DNA of 64,000 nucleotides from an uncultured Candidatus Actinomarina sp. GTDB taxonomy: Bacteria; Actinomycetota; Acidimicrobiia; Actinomarinales; Actinomarinaceae. The stretch lies in contig CACPJC010000005.1 of NCBI GenBank assembly GCA_902634185.1, positions 1-64,000 on the forward strand, given 5' to 3'. The position numbers were made by a program, and so were the translations under genes. This document shows, piece by piece, positions 8,945 through 18,252 of the stretch (the first letter of the stretch is position 1; every line of letters starts with the position of its first letter). The notes beneath the pieces are model-generated. The model saw nothing but the letters and a program-made list of their open reading frames with translations, was not told the origin of the DNA and searched no databases.

Positions 8945-9761
8945 CTATAATCATTTCTATTTCTTTACGAATAACTTTTTCATCATCGGTGTCAACAATT
9001 TTTATTCTATCTTCTTGTTTAAACCATGTAAGTTGTTTTTTAGCTAACCTGTTTGTTTTTAAATTAATATTTTCTGCAAGGTCATTACTTAAGTTCATTC
9101 CTATAGCTTGCAATACAGTTTTTGAAGGATTAGTAATAGAATTCATCTCATCTATGACGCCTTGTTGTATCATTTCATCAGTTCGTTTACTAATTCTGTT
9201 TTTATAATCAGGATGATTCCAAAATATACCAACAATATTTTCTGGAATGTTTATTGGCGGAAAAACATACTTCACATCTTCTAAAATTGAATCCTCAATA
9301 TTACGTATAAGTCTTCTTTTATTAATTTCAACATCAGGTGTCTTAATTTCATACATTTCATGGAACTTTAGTAATTGATCAACATTTAATTGTTCTAATT
9401 CAGATCTTATAGCTGGATCAGTAGGTCTAAACTCAAAACTATTAATTAGTGAACGAAAATACAAACCGGTACCACCAACAACAAGATAATCTTTTTCAAA
9501 TGATTTTTCTGGAATTTCCATCTCGATTAAGTAATTGAGATAATCTACTACAGAAAAATTTTGATCAGGTTCAGCTATATCAAGACCGTAATATAAAACC
9601 TGTGATCTCATTACATCATTTGGTTTAGCAGTGAGAATATCCAATCCCTTATAAACTGCCATAGAATCTAGGGAAATTATATCAATGTTTCTTTCAATAG
9701 CAATTTCGTGAGCAAGTCTTGATTTTCCTGATGCAGTAATACCTGTAAGAAAATAAAGCAA
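8934..9761 (-). CDS. miaA: tRNA dimethylallyltransferase
   Basis: GITASGKS, SLDSMAVYKGLDILTAKP, VGGTGLY, AKKQLTWF. Confidence 0.95.
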   Translation of the reverse strand: MLYFLTGITASGKSRLAHEIAIERNIDIISLDSMAVYKGLDILTAKPNDVMRSQVLYYGLDIAEPDQNFSVVDYLNYLIEMEIPEKSFEKDYLVVGGTGLYFRSLINSFEFRPTDPAIRSELEQLNVDQLLKFHEMYEIKTPDVEINKRRLIRNIEDSILEDVKYVFPPINIPENIVGIFWNHPDYKNRISKRTDEMIQQGVIDEMNSITNPSKTVLQAIGMNLSNDLAENINLKTNRLAKKQLTWFKQEDRIKIVDTDDEKVIRKEIEMIIDGK

Positions 9762-9763
9762 GA

Positions 9764-11137
9764 TTACAAAGTGGCTTTCAAGAAAAAAGGTGTGGAATCA
9801 TATATATTCACATTTAAAAGTTTGCCAATATTTTCACTACTAGATTCGAGATGAACTATGTGACCACCTTCAATACGACCAGTCAGAATATTGTTATCTT
9901 TTTTTGAAACTTTTTCTACAAGCATCGTTTGTTTAGTATTTTGGTATCTTTTATACCTTTTTTCGCTGATTTCAGTTTGTCTAACTTTTAATCTCATAAA
10001 TCTATCATCTATAACTTTTTTTTCAACAAATTGATCGACATAATCAGATGCAACTGTCCCAGGTCTAGGTGAAAATTTAAACATATAGATCAAATCAAAT
10101 TCAGCATAATTAACTACATCCATTGTTTGTTGAAAGTCGTCTTCATTTTCACCAGGAAAGCCAACAATAATATCAGATGATATGGACACGTTAGGGATTA
10201 ATGATTTAATTAAATCTACCTTCTCAAGGAATCTCTTTTGATTATAACCTCTATGCATTGAAGATAATATTTTATTACTTCCACTTTGGAGTGGAATATG
10301 AATCTGATTAGCTACTTTTGGTAAGTCAGCAACGGCTTTTAATGTTTCTATTTTAAAATCTTTGGGATGTGGTGATGTAAATCTAATTCGTTCAATACCA
10401 TCAATATCGTGAATTTTGTAAAGAAGTTCAGTGAAATATGGTTTTCTCCTATTATTGATCATTAAATCTCTACCGTAAGAATTTACATTTTGACCAAGTA
10501 ACGTTATTTCTTTAACTCCATCATGAGCTAGACTTTTAATTTCATTGATAATGTCTGAGGGTCTTCGACTTATCTCTATACCTCTTACTGAAGGTACGAT
10601 ACAAAATGTACAACTATTATTGCAACCAATTTGAATTGTAACAAAGGCACTGACACTTGACTCACGTACAGCGGCGATTTCTGTTTCAATATCTGTTGTT
10701 TCTTCAATAATCTCTGTAATCGGACCCCAATCTTCTGCCTGGTTGAGTAAATTAATTATTTCTGTCGTATTGTGTGTTCCAATAACAACGTCTACCCAAG
10801 GTGCTCTCTCTCGAACTAACTCTTTATCTTTTTGAGCTGCACATCCGCCAACAAGTAATCGTCTATTTGGTGCAAGTGACTTCCATTTCTTTAAATGACC
10901 TAATGTTCCATATAATTTATCATCCGCATTTTCTCTGATAGTACATGTATTAACAAAAAGTACATCAGCATTATCTATATCATCAGATTTAGTCATGCCA
11001 TCATTGTTAAATATTCCAGCTATTTTTTCTGAGTCATGCTCATTCATCTGACAACCAAAAGTTTTTATATGATATTTAAGACCATTTCTAGATGCTTTTG
11101 GTCTAATTTTATTTTCTATATGTATAGAAGTTTTCAC
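9764..11137 (-). CDS. miaB: tRNA-2-methylthio-N6-dimethylallyladenosine synthase
   Basis: TFGCQMN, NTCTIRE, GCNNSCTFCIVP, LLGQNVNSYG, TRAM domain; next to miaA. Confidence 0.96.
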   Translation of the reverse strand: MKTSIHIENKIRPKASRNGLKYHIKTFGCQMNEHDSEKIAGIFNNDGMTKSDDIDNADVLFVNTCTIRENADDKLYGTLGHLKKWKSLAPNRRLLVGGCAAQKDKELVRERAPWVDVVIGTHNTTEIINLLNQAEDWGPITEIIEETTDIETEIAAVRESSVSAFVTIQIGCNNSCTFCIVPSVRGIEISRRPSDIINEIKSLAHDGVKEITLLGQNVNSYGRDLMINNRRKPYFTELLYKIHDIDGIERIRFTSPHPKDFKIETLKAVADLPKVANQIHIPLQSGSNKILSSMHRGYNQKRFLEKVDLIKSLIPNVSISSDIIVGFPGENEDDFQQTMDVVNYAEFDLIYMFKFSPRPGTVASDYVDQFVEKKVIDDRFMRLKVRQTEISEKRYKRYQNTKQTMLVEKVSKKDNNILTGRIEGGHIVHLESSSENIGKLLNVNIYDSTPFFLKATL

Positions 11138-11173
11138 ATAACAAATTATAAAAAAATTATTAGGAAAATTAAG

Positions 11174-12244
11174 TTATTTTTTGTTTTTAGTCTCTTCTGC
11201 GGATTCATCTTCATTTTCAGTTGTTTCATCTTCAACAACCTCAATTTCATCTGATTCAATAAGACCAACAGCTTTATAAACATCTGTTTCTAGCTGTAAA
11301 GCAAGATCAGGATTCTCTCTTAGAAAACGCTTAGAATTCTCTTTACCTTGACCAAGTTGAACTTCATCATATGTAAACCAAGCTCCTGCTTTTCTAGCAA
11401 TACCGTGCTCTACTGCAACATCTAAAAGGCTTCCTTCTCGGGATATACCTTGACCAAACATAATATCAAACTCTGCTTCCTTAAATGGTGGAGCAACTTT
11501 ATTTTTTACAATCTTGGCTCTTACACGGTTTCCTATTTGTTCTGGTCCAACCTTTAATGTTTCAATTCTTCTAACATCAATCCTTACAGATGAATAGAAT
11601 TTAAGAGCTCTACCACCACTGGTTGTTTCAGGAGATCCCCACATAACGCCAATCTTTTCACGGATTTGGTTAATAAAGATCACAGTTGTACCTGATTTAT
11701 TGATTGAACCAGTTAATTTACGCAAGGCTTGTGACATCAATCGAGCCTGGAGACCAACATGAGTATCACCCATTTCGCCTTCAATCTCAGCTTTTGGAAC
11801 TAATGCTGCAACAGAGTCAATAACTACTAGATCTACACCTCCAGATTGAATTAACATGTCTGCAATTTCAAGCGCTTGTTCGCCGGTATCTGGTTGAGAT
11901 ACAAGAAGTTCGTCAACATCAACACCTAATGCTCTCGCATAGACAGGATCAAGAGCATGTTCAGCATCAATAAATGCTGCTACACCGCCTGCTTTTTGTG
12001 CTTCAGCTGCAACATGTAGAGATAAGGTAGTTTTACCTGAAGCTTCAGGTCCATAAATTTCAATAACTCTACCTTTTGGAACTCCACCGATACCTAAAGC
12101 TAAATCAATTGAAAGTGCTCCTGTAGAAATAGCTGGTATTTTTTTGATGTTATCAGCGCCAAGTCTCATTAATGAGCCTTCACCGAATTGTTTTTCTATT
12201 TGATCAAAAACTGTATCTAGTTTTTTTGCCCTGTCTTTATCCAT
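11174..12244 (-). CDS. recA: Recombinase RecA
   Basis: [33 protein letters not shown]. Confidence 0.99.
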   Translation of the reverse strand: MDKDRAKKLDTVFDQIEKQFGEGSLMRLGADNIKKIPAISTGALSIDLALGIGGVPKGRVIEIYGPEASGKTTLSLHVAAEAQKAGGVAAFIDAEHALDPVYARALGVDVDELLVSQPDTGEQALEIADMLIQSGGVDLVVIDSVAALVPKAEIEGEMGDTHVGLQARLMSQALRKLTGSINKSGTTVIFINQIREKIGVMWGSPETTSGGRALKFYSSVRIDVRRIETLKVGPEQIGNRVRAKIVKNKVAPPFKEAEFDIMFGQGISREGSLLDVAVEHGIARKAGAWFTYDEVQLGQGKENSKRFLRENPDLALQLETDVYKAVGLIESDEIEVVEDETTENEDESAEETKNKK

Positions 12245-12305
12245 TTTTTCTCCTTAATTAACAATAATTAATTTATATTAAAACATCTTAATAAGACAAT
12301 TTTAC

Positions 12306-12321
12306 TAGAACATTTGTTCTA
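12306..12321. promoter_or_regulatory. LexA (SOS) box upstream of recA
   Basis: Palindrome TAGAAC-ATTT-GTTCTA about 60 bp upstream of recA, overlapping the cinA stop codon. Confidence 0.88.
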
Positions 12322-13527
12322 ATACAAGTTTTTTATGAATTTAATCAATTCCCATTGAGCTTTATTTGAGGCTCTTTCTAAGATTTCTGCTCTATTTCCA
12401 TTCATTTTATGGTCTGAAATAACTGTTTTTTCTCCGTTTGAGATGCAAATAAAGATTGTTCCTACAGGGTATTTACTAGATGATATTGGTCCTGCCTCCC
12501 CTAAAATTGTAAGGGCTACGTTTGATTTGTATTTATTTAAAGATGATTCTGTAAGATTGTAAGTTAATTCTTCCCAATCATCAAAATTAATATTTTCATC
12601 ATTTAATAACAAGTTTTTAGACTCATTTGTATAAACAATGTCAGAACCAATAAAGTATTTACTTATCCCTGGATTCTTAACAAGCAATGAGGAAATCAAA
12701 CCCCCAGTGATACTTTCAACAAAAGAGATTTGAAGATTTGAGTCACTAATTAAATTTCCAAGAACTTTTTCAACTGTTATATTTTCGTAAGATAAAATAT
12801 CATCTTCAAATGTTTCACCTATTTTTTGTAGAAACATATCAGATTGATCATTTGATACAGAATTTTTATCAAATCGTAATTTAATGATCCCTTTACTTGC
12901 TAGATAAGCAATATCTAAACCTTCTGGTTTAAACTTATCTATTTCAGCAGCCAATGATGATTCTGCCTGATTAAAAAACATAACAAATTGATAGTCTGTA
13001 TTTTCTTTTTCATAATTTTTACTTAGAAAAGGAATCAACTCATCCTCAACAAGAGGTATAAACTCTCTTGGCGGTCCTGGAAAGATAAAAATGATTTTAT
13101 TGTCATGATTGATTTTTATACCAGGAGCTGTTCCCTGAGTATTGGTGAGTTTTTCACTTCCAACTGGAATATAAGCTTGCTTTATATTTGTATCAGGCAT
13201 AATTAACCCACGAGCTTTCCAGCGTTCTTTCATCCGCTCTAAATGATCATCATCTAGCTCAAGTTCCAATGATAAAGATTCAGAAATTGTTTCTTTTGTT
13301 ATATCATCTTCTGTTGGACCAAGACCTCCTGAAGTGATAACAACATCACAATCTTTAAGTAAAAAATTAAGTGCATTAATAATTTCATCTTGCTGATCTG
13401 AAATTGTAATATCTTTATCTAATTTAAACCCATTTTCATATAAACGTTTACCAAGGTTCGTTAGGTTTGTGTTGACTGTATCCCCTAGCAGTATTTCTGT
13501 ACCAATTGTTAAGAAACCAATTTTCAT
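12319..13527 (-). CDS. cinA: CinA family protein (MoCF-like plus PncC domains)
   Basis: IGTEILLG..NTN, SGGLGPTEDDIT, GTAPG, PGPP.E, ESITGG; upstream of recA. Confidence 0.93.
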   Translation of the reverse strand: MKIGFLTIGTEILLGDTVNTNLTNLGKRLYENGFKLDKDITISDQQDEIINALNFLLKDCDVVITSGGLGPTEDDITKETISESLSLELELDDDHLERMKERWKARGLIMPDTNIKQAYIPVGSEKLTNTQGTAPGIKINHDNKIIFIFPGPPREFIPLVEDELIPFLSKNYEKENTDYQFVMFFNQAESSLAAEIDKFKPEGLDIAYLASKGIIKLRFDKNSVSNDQSDMFLQKIGETFEDDILSYENITVEKVLGNLISDSNLQISFVESITGGLISSLLVKNPGISKYFIGSDIVYTNESKNLLLNDENINFDDWEELTYNLTESSLNKYKSNVALTILGEAGPISSSKYPVGTIFICISNGEKTVISDHKMNGNRAEILERASNKAQWELIKFIKNLY

Positions 13528-13574
13528 ATTTTTAGGTTAGCAATGTTTAATTTAAATATAACTATGATAAATGT

Positions 13575-14036
13575 ATGAGAAAAGCAATCATACTTTTACT
13601 TCTACTATCTTTTTGTTCATCAGGATCGGATAGTACCTCAGATGAACCAACACAAAGTGCAGCAGAATCCTCAATTGAAGAACTTGTATATGAAGATGCA
13701 AATGGAAATTTAGTAAACGAAGACCTAACTAATAAGAAAACCCTTGTTGTTTTCTGGGCTGATTATTGAGGAATTTGTAGGGAGGAGTTGCCTCTCTTAG
13801 AAGCTAATCTAGCAGCAGTTAGCCAAAACTATGATGTAATCGCATTGGCACACAGTGATGTAGATTCCACTATGACTTGGGTATCAGAAAATCTTCAAGG
13901 TGAAATCACAATTGGGTTTTCTACATCTGATATGAGAGATAGTTTAAAAATTATTGGTCAACCAATTTCCTTAATTATTGATACAGATGGCAACATTCTT
14001 TCACGAGAATATGGATACGTTCCAAACGACTTATAA
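13575..14036 (+). CDS. Thioredoxin-fold TlpA/ResA-like lipoprotein, probable selenoprotein (UxxC; Sec at TGA 13767-13769)
   Basis: Track ORFs 13575..13769 and 13788..14036 are in the same frame; read-through gives VVFWADY-U-GICREELPLLE, matching FWAxWCxxCxxExP; cis-Pro-like GQP and IIDTDG downstream; lipoprotein-like signal ending LSFC. Confidence 0.85.
13779..13797 (+). promoter_or_regulatory. Putative bacterial SECIS hairpin
   Basis: AGGGAGG(13779-85) pairs with CCTCTCT(13791-97); apical loop AGUUG begins 16 nt after the UGA. Confidence 0.7.
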
Positions 14037-14169
14037 ATTTACAAAAATTTAACCTAATACCCGAGCAGTTTCTGTCATAAATTGTACTATTTTATTAGTA
14101 TTAACCGCAGATACAATTACTGCTGCAATAAGAAATCGAATTATTAAAGGTAAAACCGTAAAGAGTTAG

Positions 14170-16539
14170 TTACTCTTCGTACCAACTATCGTCAGTCGTC
14201 TCTACTTCATCATTTATTTCTTCAGATGAATTCTCAGTTTCAGAAATTTCATTATCATCATTAATTGTGGAAAGACTATTTGTTTCGTATTCTTCAACTG
14301 TAATCAAAACTTCTCTTGCTTTTGATCCTTCAGATGGTCCAACAATTCCTTGAGATTCAAGAATATCCATTAATCTACCTGCTCTAGCAAATCCAACTCT
14401 TAGTTTTCTTTGTAACATTGAAGTAGATCCTAACTGTGATCTAACAACAAGATCTGTAGCAGTTTTAATTAATTCATCATCTTCACCTAAATCATCATCA
14501 CTGTGAACAGTTGTAGATTTTTGTTCTTCAATAACAGCAGGATTGTATTCAGCTTCTTTTTGTGACTTAACCCATGAGACTACATCTTTAATTTCTTCCT
14601 CAGTAACCCAAGCACCTTGGATTCTTTCTAATCTAGGATTTGAAGCTGTAACAATAAGCATGTCCCCAAGTCCAATTAATTTTTCAGCTCCAGACTGATC
14701 AAGAATAACTCTTGAGTCTGTTGTTGAAGCAACAGAAAATGCAAGTCTTGAAGGAATGTTTGCTTTCATTACACCAGTAATAACATCTACTGAAGGTCTT
14801 TGAGTTGCAACAACTAAATGTATTCCGATTGCTCTAGCCATTTGAGCAAGTCTTACAATTGCTGACTCTACTTCTCTACCAGCAACCATCATTAAATCAT
14901 TCAATTCATCAATGCACACAACTATGTAAGGAAATCTATCAAATTTTTCTGTATCTAATAATCCGGCATCAAATTTCTCATGATATCCATTAATGTCACG
15001 TACTTGCCCATCAGCTAATAAATCATATCTTCTATCCATTTCAGAAACAGCCCAAGTTAATGCATCAACAGCTTTCTTTGGATTTGTAATTACTTTTGTA
15101 AGTAAATGAGGTACATTGTTGTACTGACCTAGCTCAACTCTTTTTGGATCAACCATCACCATTTTTACTTCATCTGGATTAGTCCTCATTAAGAGAGATG
15201 TAACAATTGAATTAATACAGGATGATTTACCTGCACCGGTTTGACCTGCTATCAAAACGTGAGGTAGTTCAGATAAGTTGATTAGTCTTGCTTGACCTGA
15301 AATATCTAATCCAAGTCCTACATTTAAAGGATGATCTAATTTTTTCGCCTCTGGTGAGGTAAGAACATCTCCTAATGAAACAAGTCTTCTTTGTCTATTT
15401 GGAATTTCAATACCAATCGCACTTCTTCCAGGAATTGGAGCTAAAAGTCTTACATCTGGTGTAGCTAAAGCATAGGCAATGTCGTGTGAAAGCGATGTAA
15501 CTTTAGATACTTTAACACCAGGTGATAACTCAATCTCATACCTTGTGACAGTTGGTCCAGGAACAATTTTTGTTAACTCAGCTTCAACACCATGTTCTTT
15601 TAAGAGATTTTGTAAATCTGTTGCCGTTTGTTGTAAAAGTTTTTTTGAAGTAGAAACATCAGTACCCATTTTTAATAATTTCAATGGTGGAAGTACATAT
15701 TTGGATGATTTTGTATTTGGTTTTTTCGATTTAGGCAATGAAGGTTCTTTTGACTTAGGCTTCTTCGAATTAACTGATTTTTTGACTTTTTCCTTCTTCA
15801 ATGTAACAACATTATTAGTTTCAACTTCTTCTGATGGAGTTATAGTTTCAGTATTGATAAGATCAAAATTTATTTTGGAGGCCTCTCTCCTAGCTTTATA
15901 AAATGCAAAAATAAACCTATATGAGTAGACAAAAATTGCCTGAACTCCACCAATGAGATCTTTAAGTTCTATATCCGTCATATATAAAACAGAAATGATC
16001 AAACCGAATAAAAGCACAACATGGGTCATTTCTGCAGCAAGTAAATTATTTAATGGGTAAACAATGAATGCAGAAATAAAACCTCCGGATTTTTGTAGAG
16101 CAGCACTTCCAACACTTATTGATAGTGGTTCAGAGTGTATGTAAAAGTGAAATAACGCAGAAGTGAATATTTGTACCCAGATTGTTCCAATAAATACTTT
16201 TTGGGTATTTATAAAGTCTTTATCTCTTATAAGAATTGCAGCACCATAAATCAAAAGTAGAGGAAATAAATATACACCATAGCCAAACGACCATGTAAGT
16301 AAATTATTTACGAACTCTCCTATTGGACCAGCTTTGCCAAAAGAAGATAATCCTACAAGAATGCCTAAACCTGTCATAAACACAGCGACAGCTTGGTAAG
16401 ACTTAAAAAATGAACTAGTGATATTTTTTGAAGTATCTGAAATACCTCTTAGAGTTTGAGGTACTTTTATTAAATTTTTCGGTTTAGACACCCGCTTACG
16501 CCCATCAACCCTTTTGCGAGTGGATGTCTTAACAGCCAC
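14170..16539 (-). CDS. ftsK: DNA translocase FtsK
   Basis: 4TM N-terminus, GPTVTRYE, PHVLIAGQTGAGKS, DPKRVEL, ATQRPSVD, gamma domain LQRKLRVGFARAGRLMD. Confidence 0.97.
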   Translation of the reverse strand: MAVKTSTRKRVDGRKRVSKPKNLIKVPQTLRGISDTSKNITSSFFKSYQAVAVFMTGLGILVGLSSFGKAGPIGEFVNNLLTWSFGYGVYLFPLLLIYGAAILIRDKDFINTQKVFIGTIWVQIFTSALFHFYIHSEPLSISVGSAALQKSGGFISAFIVYPLNNLLAAEMTHVVLLFGLIISVLYMTDIELKDLIGGVQAIFVYSYRFIFAFYKARREASKINFDLINTETITPSEEVETNNVVTLKKEKVKKSVNSKKPKSKEPSLPKSKKPNTKSSKYVLPPLKLLKMGTDVSTSKKLLQQTATDLQNLLKEHGVEAELTKIVPGPTVTRYEIELSPGVKVSKVTSLSHDIAYALATPDVRLLAPIPGRSAIGIEIPNRQRRLVSLGDVLTSPEAKKLDHPLNVGLGLDISGQARLINLSELPHVLIAGQTGAGKSSCINSIVTSLLMRTNPDEVKMVMVDPKRVELGQYNNVPHLLTKVITNPKKAVDALTWAVSEMDRRYDLLADGQVRDINGYHEKFDAGLLDTEKFDRFPYIVVCIDELNDLMMVAGREVESAIVRLAQMARAIGIHLVVATQRPSVDVITGVMKANIPSRLAFSVASTTDSRVILDQSGAEKLIGLGDMLIVTASNPRLERIQGAWVTEEEIKDVVSWVKSQKEAEYNPAVIEEQKSTTVHSDDDLGEDDELIKTATDLVVRSQLGSTSMLQRKLRVGFARAGRLMDILESQGIVGPSEGSKAREVLITVEEYETNSLSTINDDNEISETENSSEEINDEVETTDDSWYEE

Positions 16540-16574
16540 GAATATATTATACCATAGAAAATAGTAAAAAAAGC

Positions 16575-17456
16575 CTAATTTTCCTTTATTTTTTTGTAAA
16601 AACCCCTAATTTTATTGGCTAATTCAGGTGTAATTGAGGTTATTGGAAGTAAAGGCTCTCCAACTTCCTCCCAACTTTCAGATAAGATTTTTTTAATTGG
16701 TCCTGGACTTGGCTCTTCAAATATTGCTTCGAATAAATTAGATAATTGCATATTGATCTCTTCAGCTTTTTCTAAATCATTATCTTTGGCAAAACTTATC
16801 ATTTCAGCAATCTCATCACCAATAACATGTGATGCAACTGAAACTACTCCTACTCCACCATTTATGACAAAATCATATGTTTGGTTATCGTTTCCAGAAT
16901 AAATATCTGCTCTATCCTTTAACAATTCAAGTTGCTTTTTAGAAAATTCAAAATCACCAACTGCATCTTTAATAGAGTGAATGCCGATATCATCAACAAG
17001 TGTCTGAAGAGTTTCAAGTTCAATTAATGTACTTGTACGCCCTGGAATGTTGTAAGCCATTATTGGAAGATCTGTTATTTTTGATATTTCTTCAAAATGA
17101 CGCAAAATTCCATGTTGAGAAGGTTTTGAATAATACGGAGTAACAATCATTATTCCATCTACTCCAAGAGAATCTGCCATCTTAGTAATTTCAATTGATT
17201 CAGAAGTTGAATATGTACCAGTACCAGCAATAATCTTAGCTTTATCACTCACAGAATCTATAGCAGTGGAGTAAATAATCTCTCTGTCTTTAATTGAAAG
17301 GTTTGGTGATTCTCCTGTTGTTCCAGTAAGCACAAGACCTTCCGATTTGTCATGCACCAATTTTCTACAAAGTCTCCAAAGAGTGTCAGTATTTAATACA
17401 CCTCGTGAATCAAATGGAGTAATTGAAGCTGTTAATAAACTACCAAACTCAGTCAT
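16575..17456 (-). CDS. dapA: 4-hydroxy-tetrahydrodipicolinate synthase
   Basis: GTTGESP, VTPYYSKP, YNIPGRT, SIKDA, YSGND. Confidence 0.96.
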   Translation of the reverse strand: MTEFGSLLTASITPFDSRGVLNTDTLWRLCRKLVHDKSEGLVLTGTTGESPNLSIKDREIIYSTAIDSVSDKAKIIAGTGTYSTSESIEITKMADSLGVDGIMIVTPYYSKPSQHGILRHFEEISKITDLPIMAYNIPGRTSTLIELETLQTLVDDIGIHSIKDAVGDFEFSKKQLELLKDRADIYSGNDNQTYDFVINGGVGVVSVASHVIGDEIAEMISFAKDNDLEKAEEINMQLSNLFEAIFEEPSPGPIKKILSESWEEVGEPLLPITSITPELANKIRGFYKKIKEN

Positions 17457-17458
17457 GA

Positions 17459-18211
17459 TCAGTCCATTGCTTCTTTCATAAGAGTTTCAAGTCCATAAAC
17501 GTAAGAATTTACATTTTCCATTTCACGTAATACTATCTCGATACCTGTTAAATATGCTTTTCTATCATTAACTTTATGTTCAAGAATAAATTCTTCAAAA
17601 GTATTAGAAAATACGACTTCTTGTTCAGCTAAATAATCATCCGACCTTAATGAATAAATATTGATTGAATTTTCCTCTGTTGTTGCAAAATACTCCCCCT
17701 CTATATCTTCTGAGTTCATCTTTTCTAAACTTGAAGCAACATCTTTTGAAGTCCCAGATGGTGCATCTTCCTTATTAGAATGATGTTTTTCTACTATGTG
17801 CACATTTTTAAATGTATTTGATAACTGCTCAGAAAAAACTTTTTGGAAAGCTGCACCCGCTGAAAAATTAGGAATAAGTGCAACTCCTTTATCAGAATTT
17901 TTTAATAGTTTAATTGATTCATCATTCACACCTGATGAACCAATTATTAATTTAGCATCGTTATTTGCAAGAATCTTAATATTTTCATTAACAACAGATG
18001 CTGGAGCAAATTCAAAAATATAATCACATACAAGATCATCCGATATTAAAAAGTTTTTAAATGTTGATTCATTTTCCCCAGGATCAATTATCCCAATTAC
18101 GTCAAAATCATCTAGATCATTAATAAAATTTGAGACCATCACTCCCATGCTTCCTTTACCACCGGAAACGATTACAGTCTTTTTTGCAATTTCATTCAAC
18201 TTAATATTCAC
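17459..18211 (-). CDS. dapB: 4-hydroxy-tetrahydrodipicolinate reductase
   Basis: GGKGSMG, IGSSG, PNFS.G, EKHHSNKEDAPSGT; next to dapA. Confidence 0.92.
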   Translation of the reverse strand: MNIKLNEIAKKTVIVSGGKGSMGVMVSNFINDLDDFDVIGIIDPGENESTFKNFLISDDLVCDYIFEFAPASVVNENIKILANNDAKLIIGSSGVNDESIKLLKNSDKGVALIPNFSAGAAFQKVFSEQLSNTFKNVHIVEKHHSNKEDAPSGTSKDVASSLEKMNSEDIEGEYFATTEENSINIYSLRSDDYLAEQEVVFSNTFEEFILEHKVNDRKAYLTGIEIVLREMENVNSYVYGLETLMKEAMD

Positions 18212-18252
18212 CTTATACTTGTATTATCAGTCTTTAATGATAATGATAAAAA

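Noticed and set aside
13767-13769. Genome-wide UGA reassignment (Trp/Gly) as the explanation for the in-frame TGA
   Set aside because: Conserved Trp residues are TGG and many genes end at TGA with ATGA/TGATG coupling (e.g. 20205, 34924); the TGA aligns with a catalytic Cys, not Trp.
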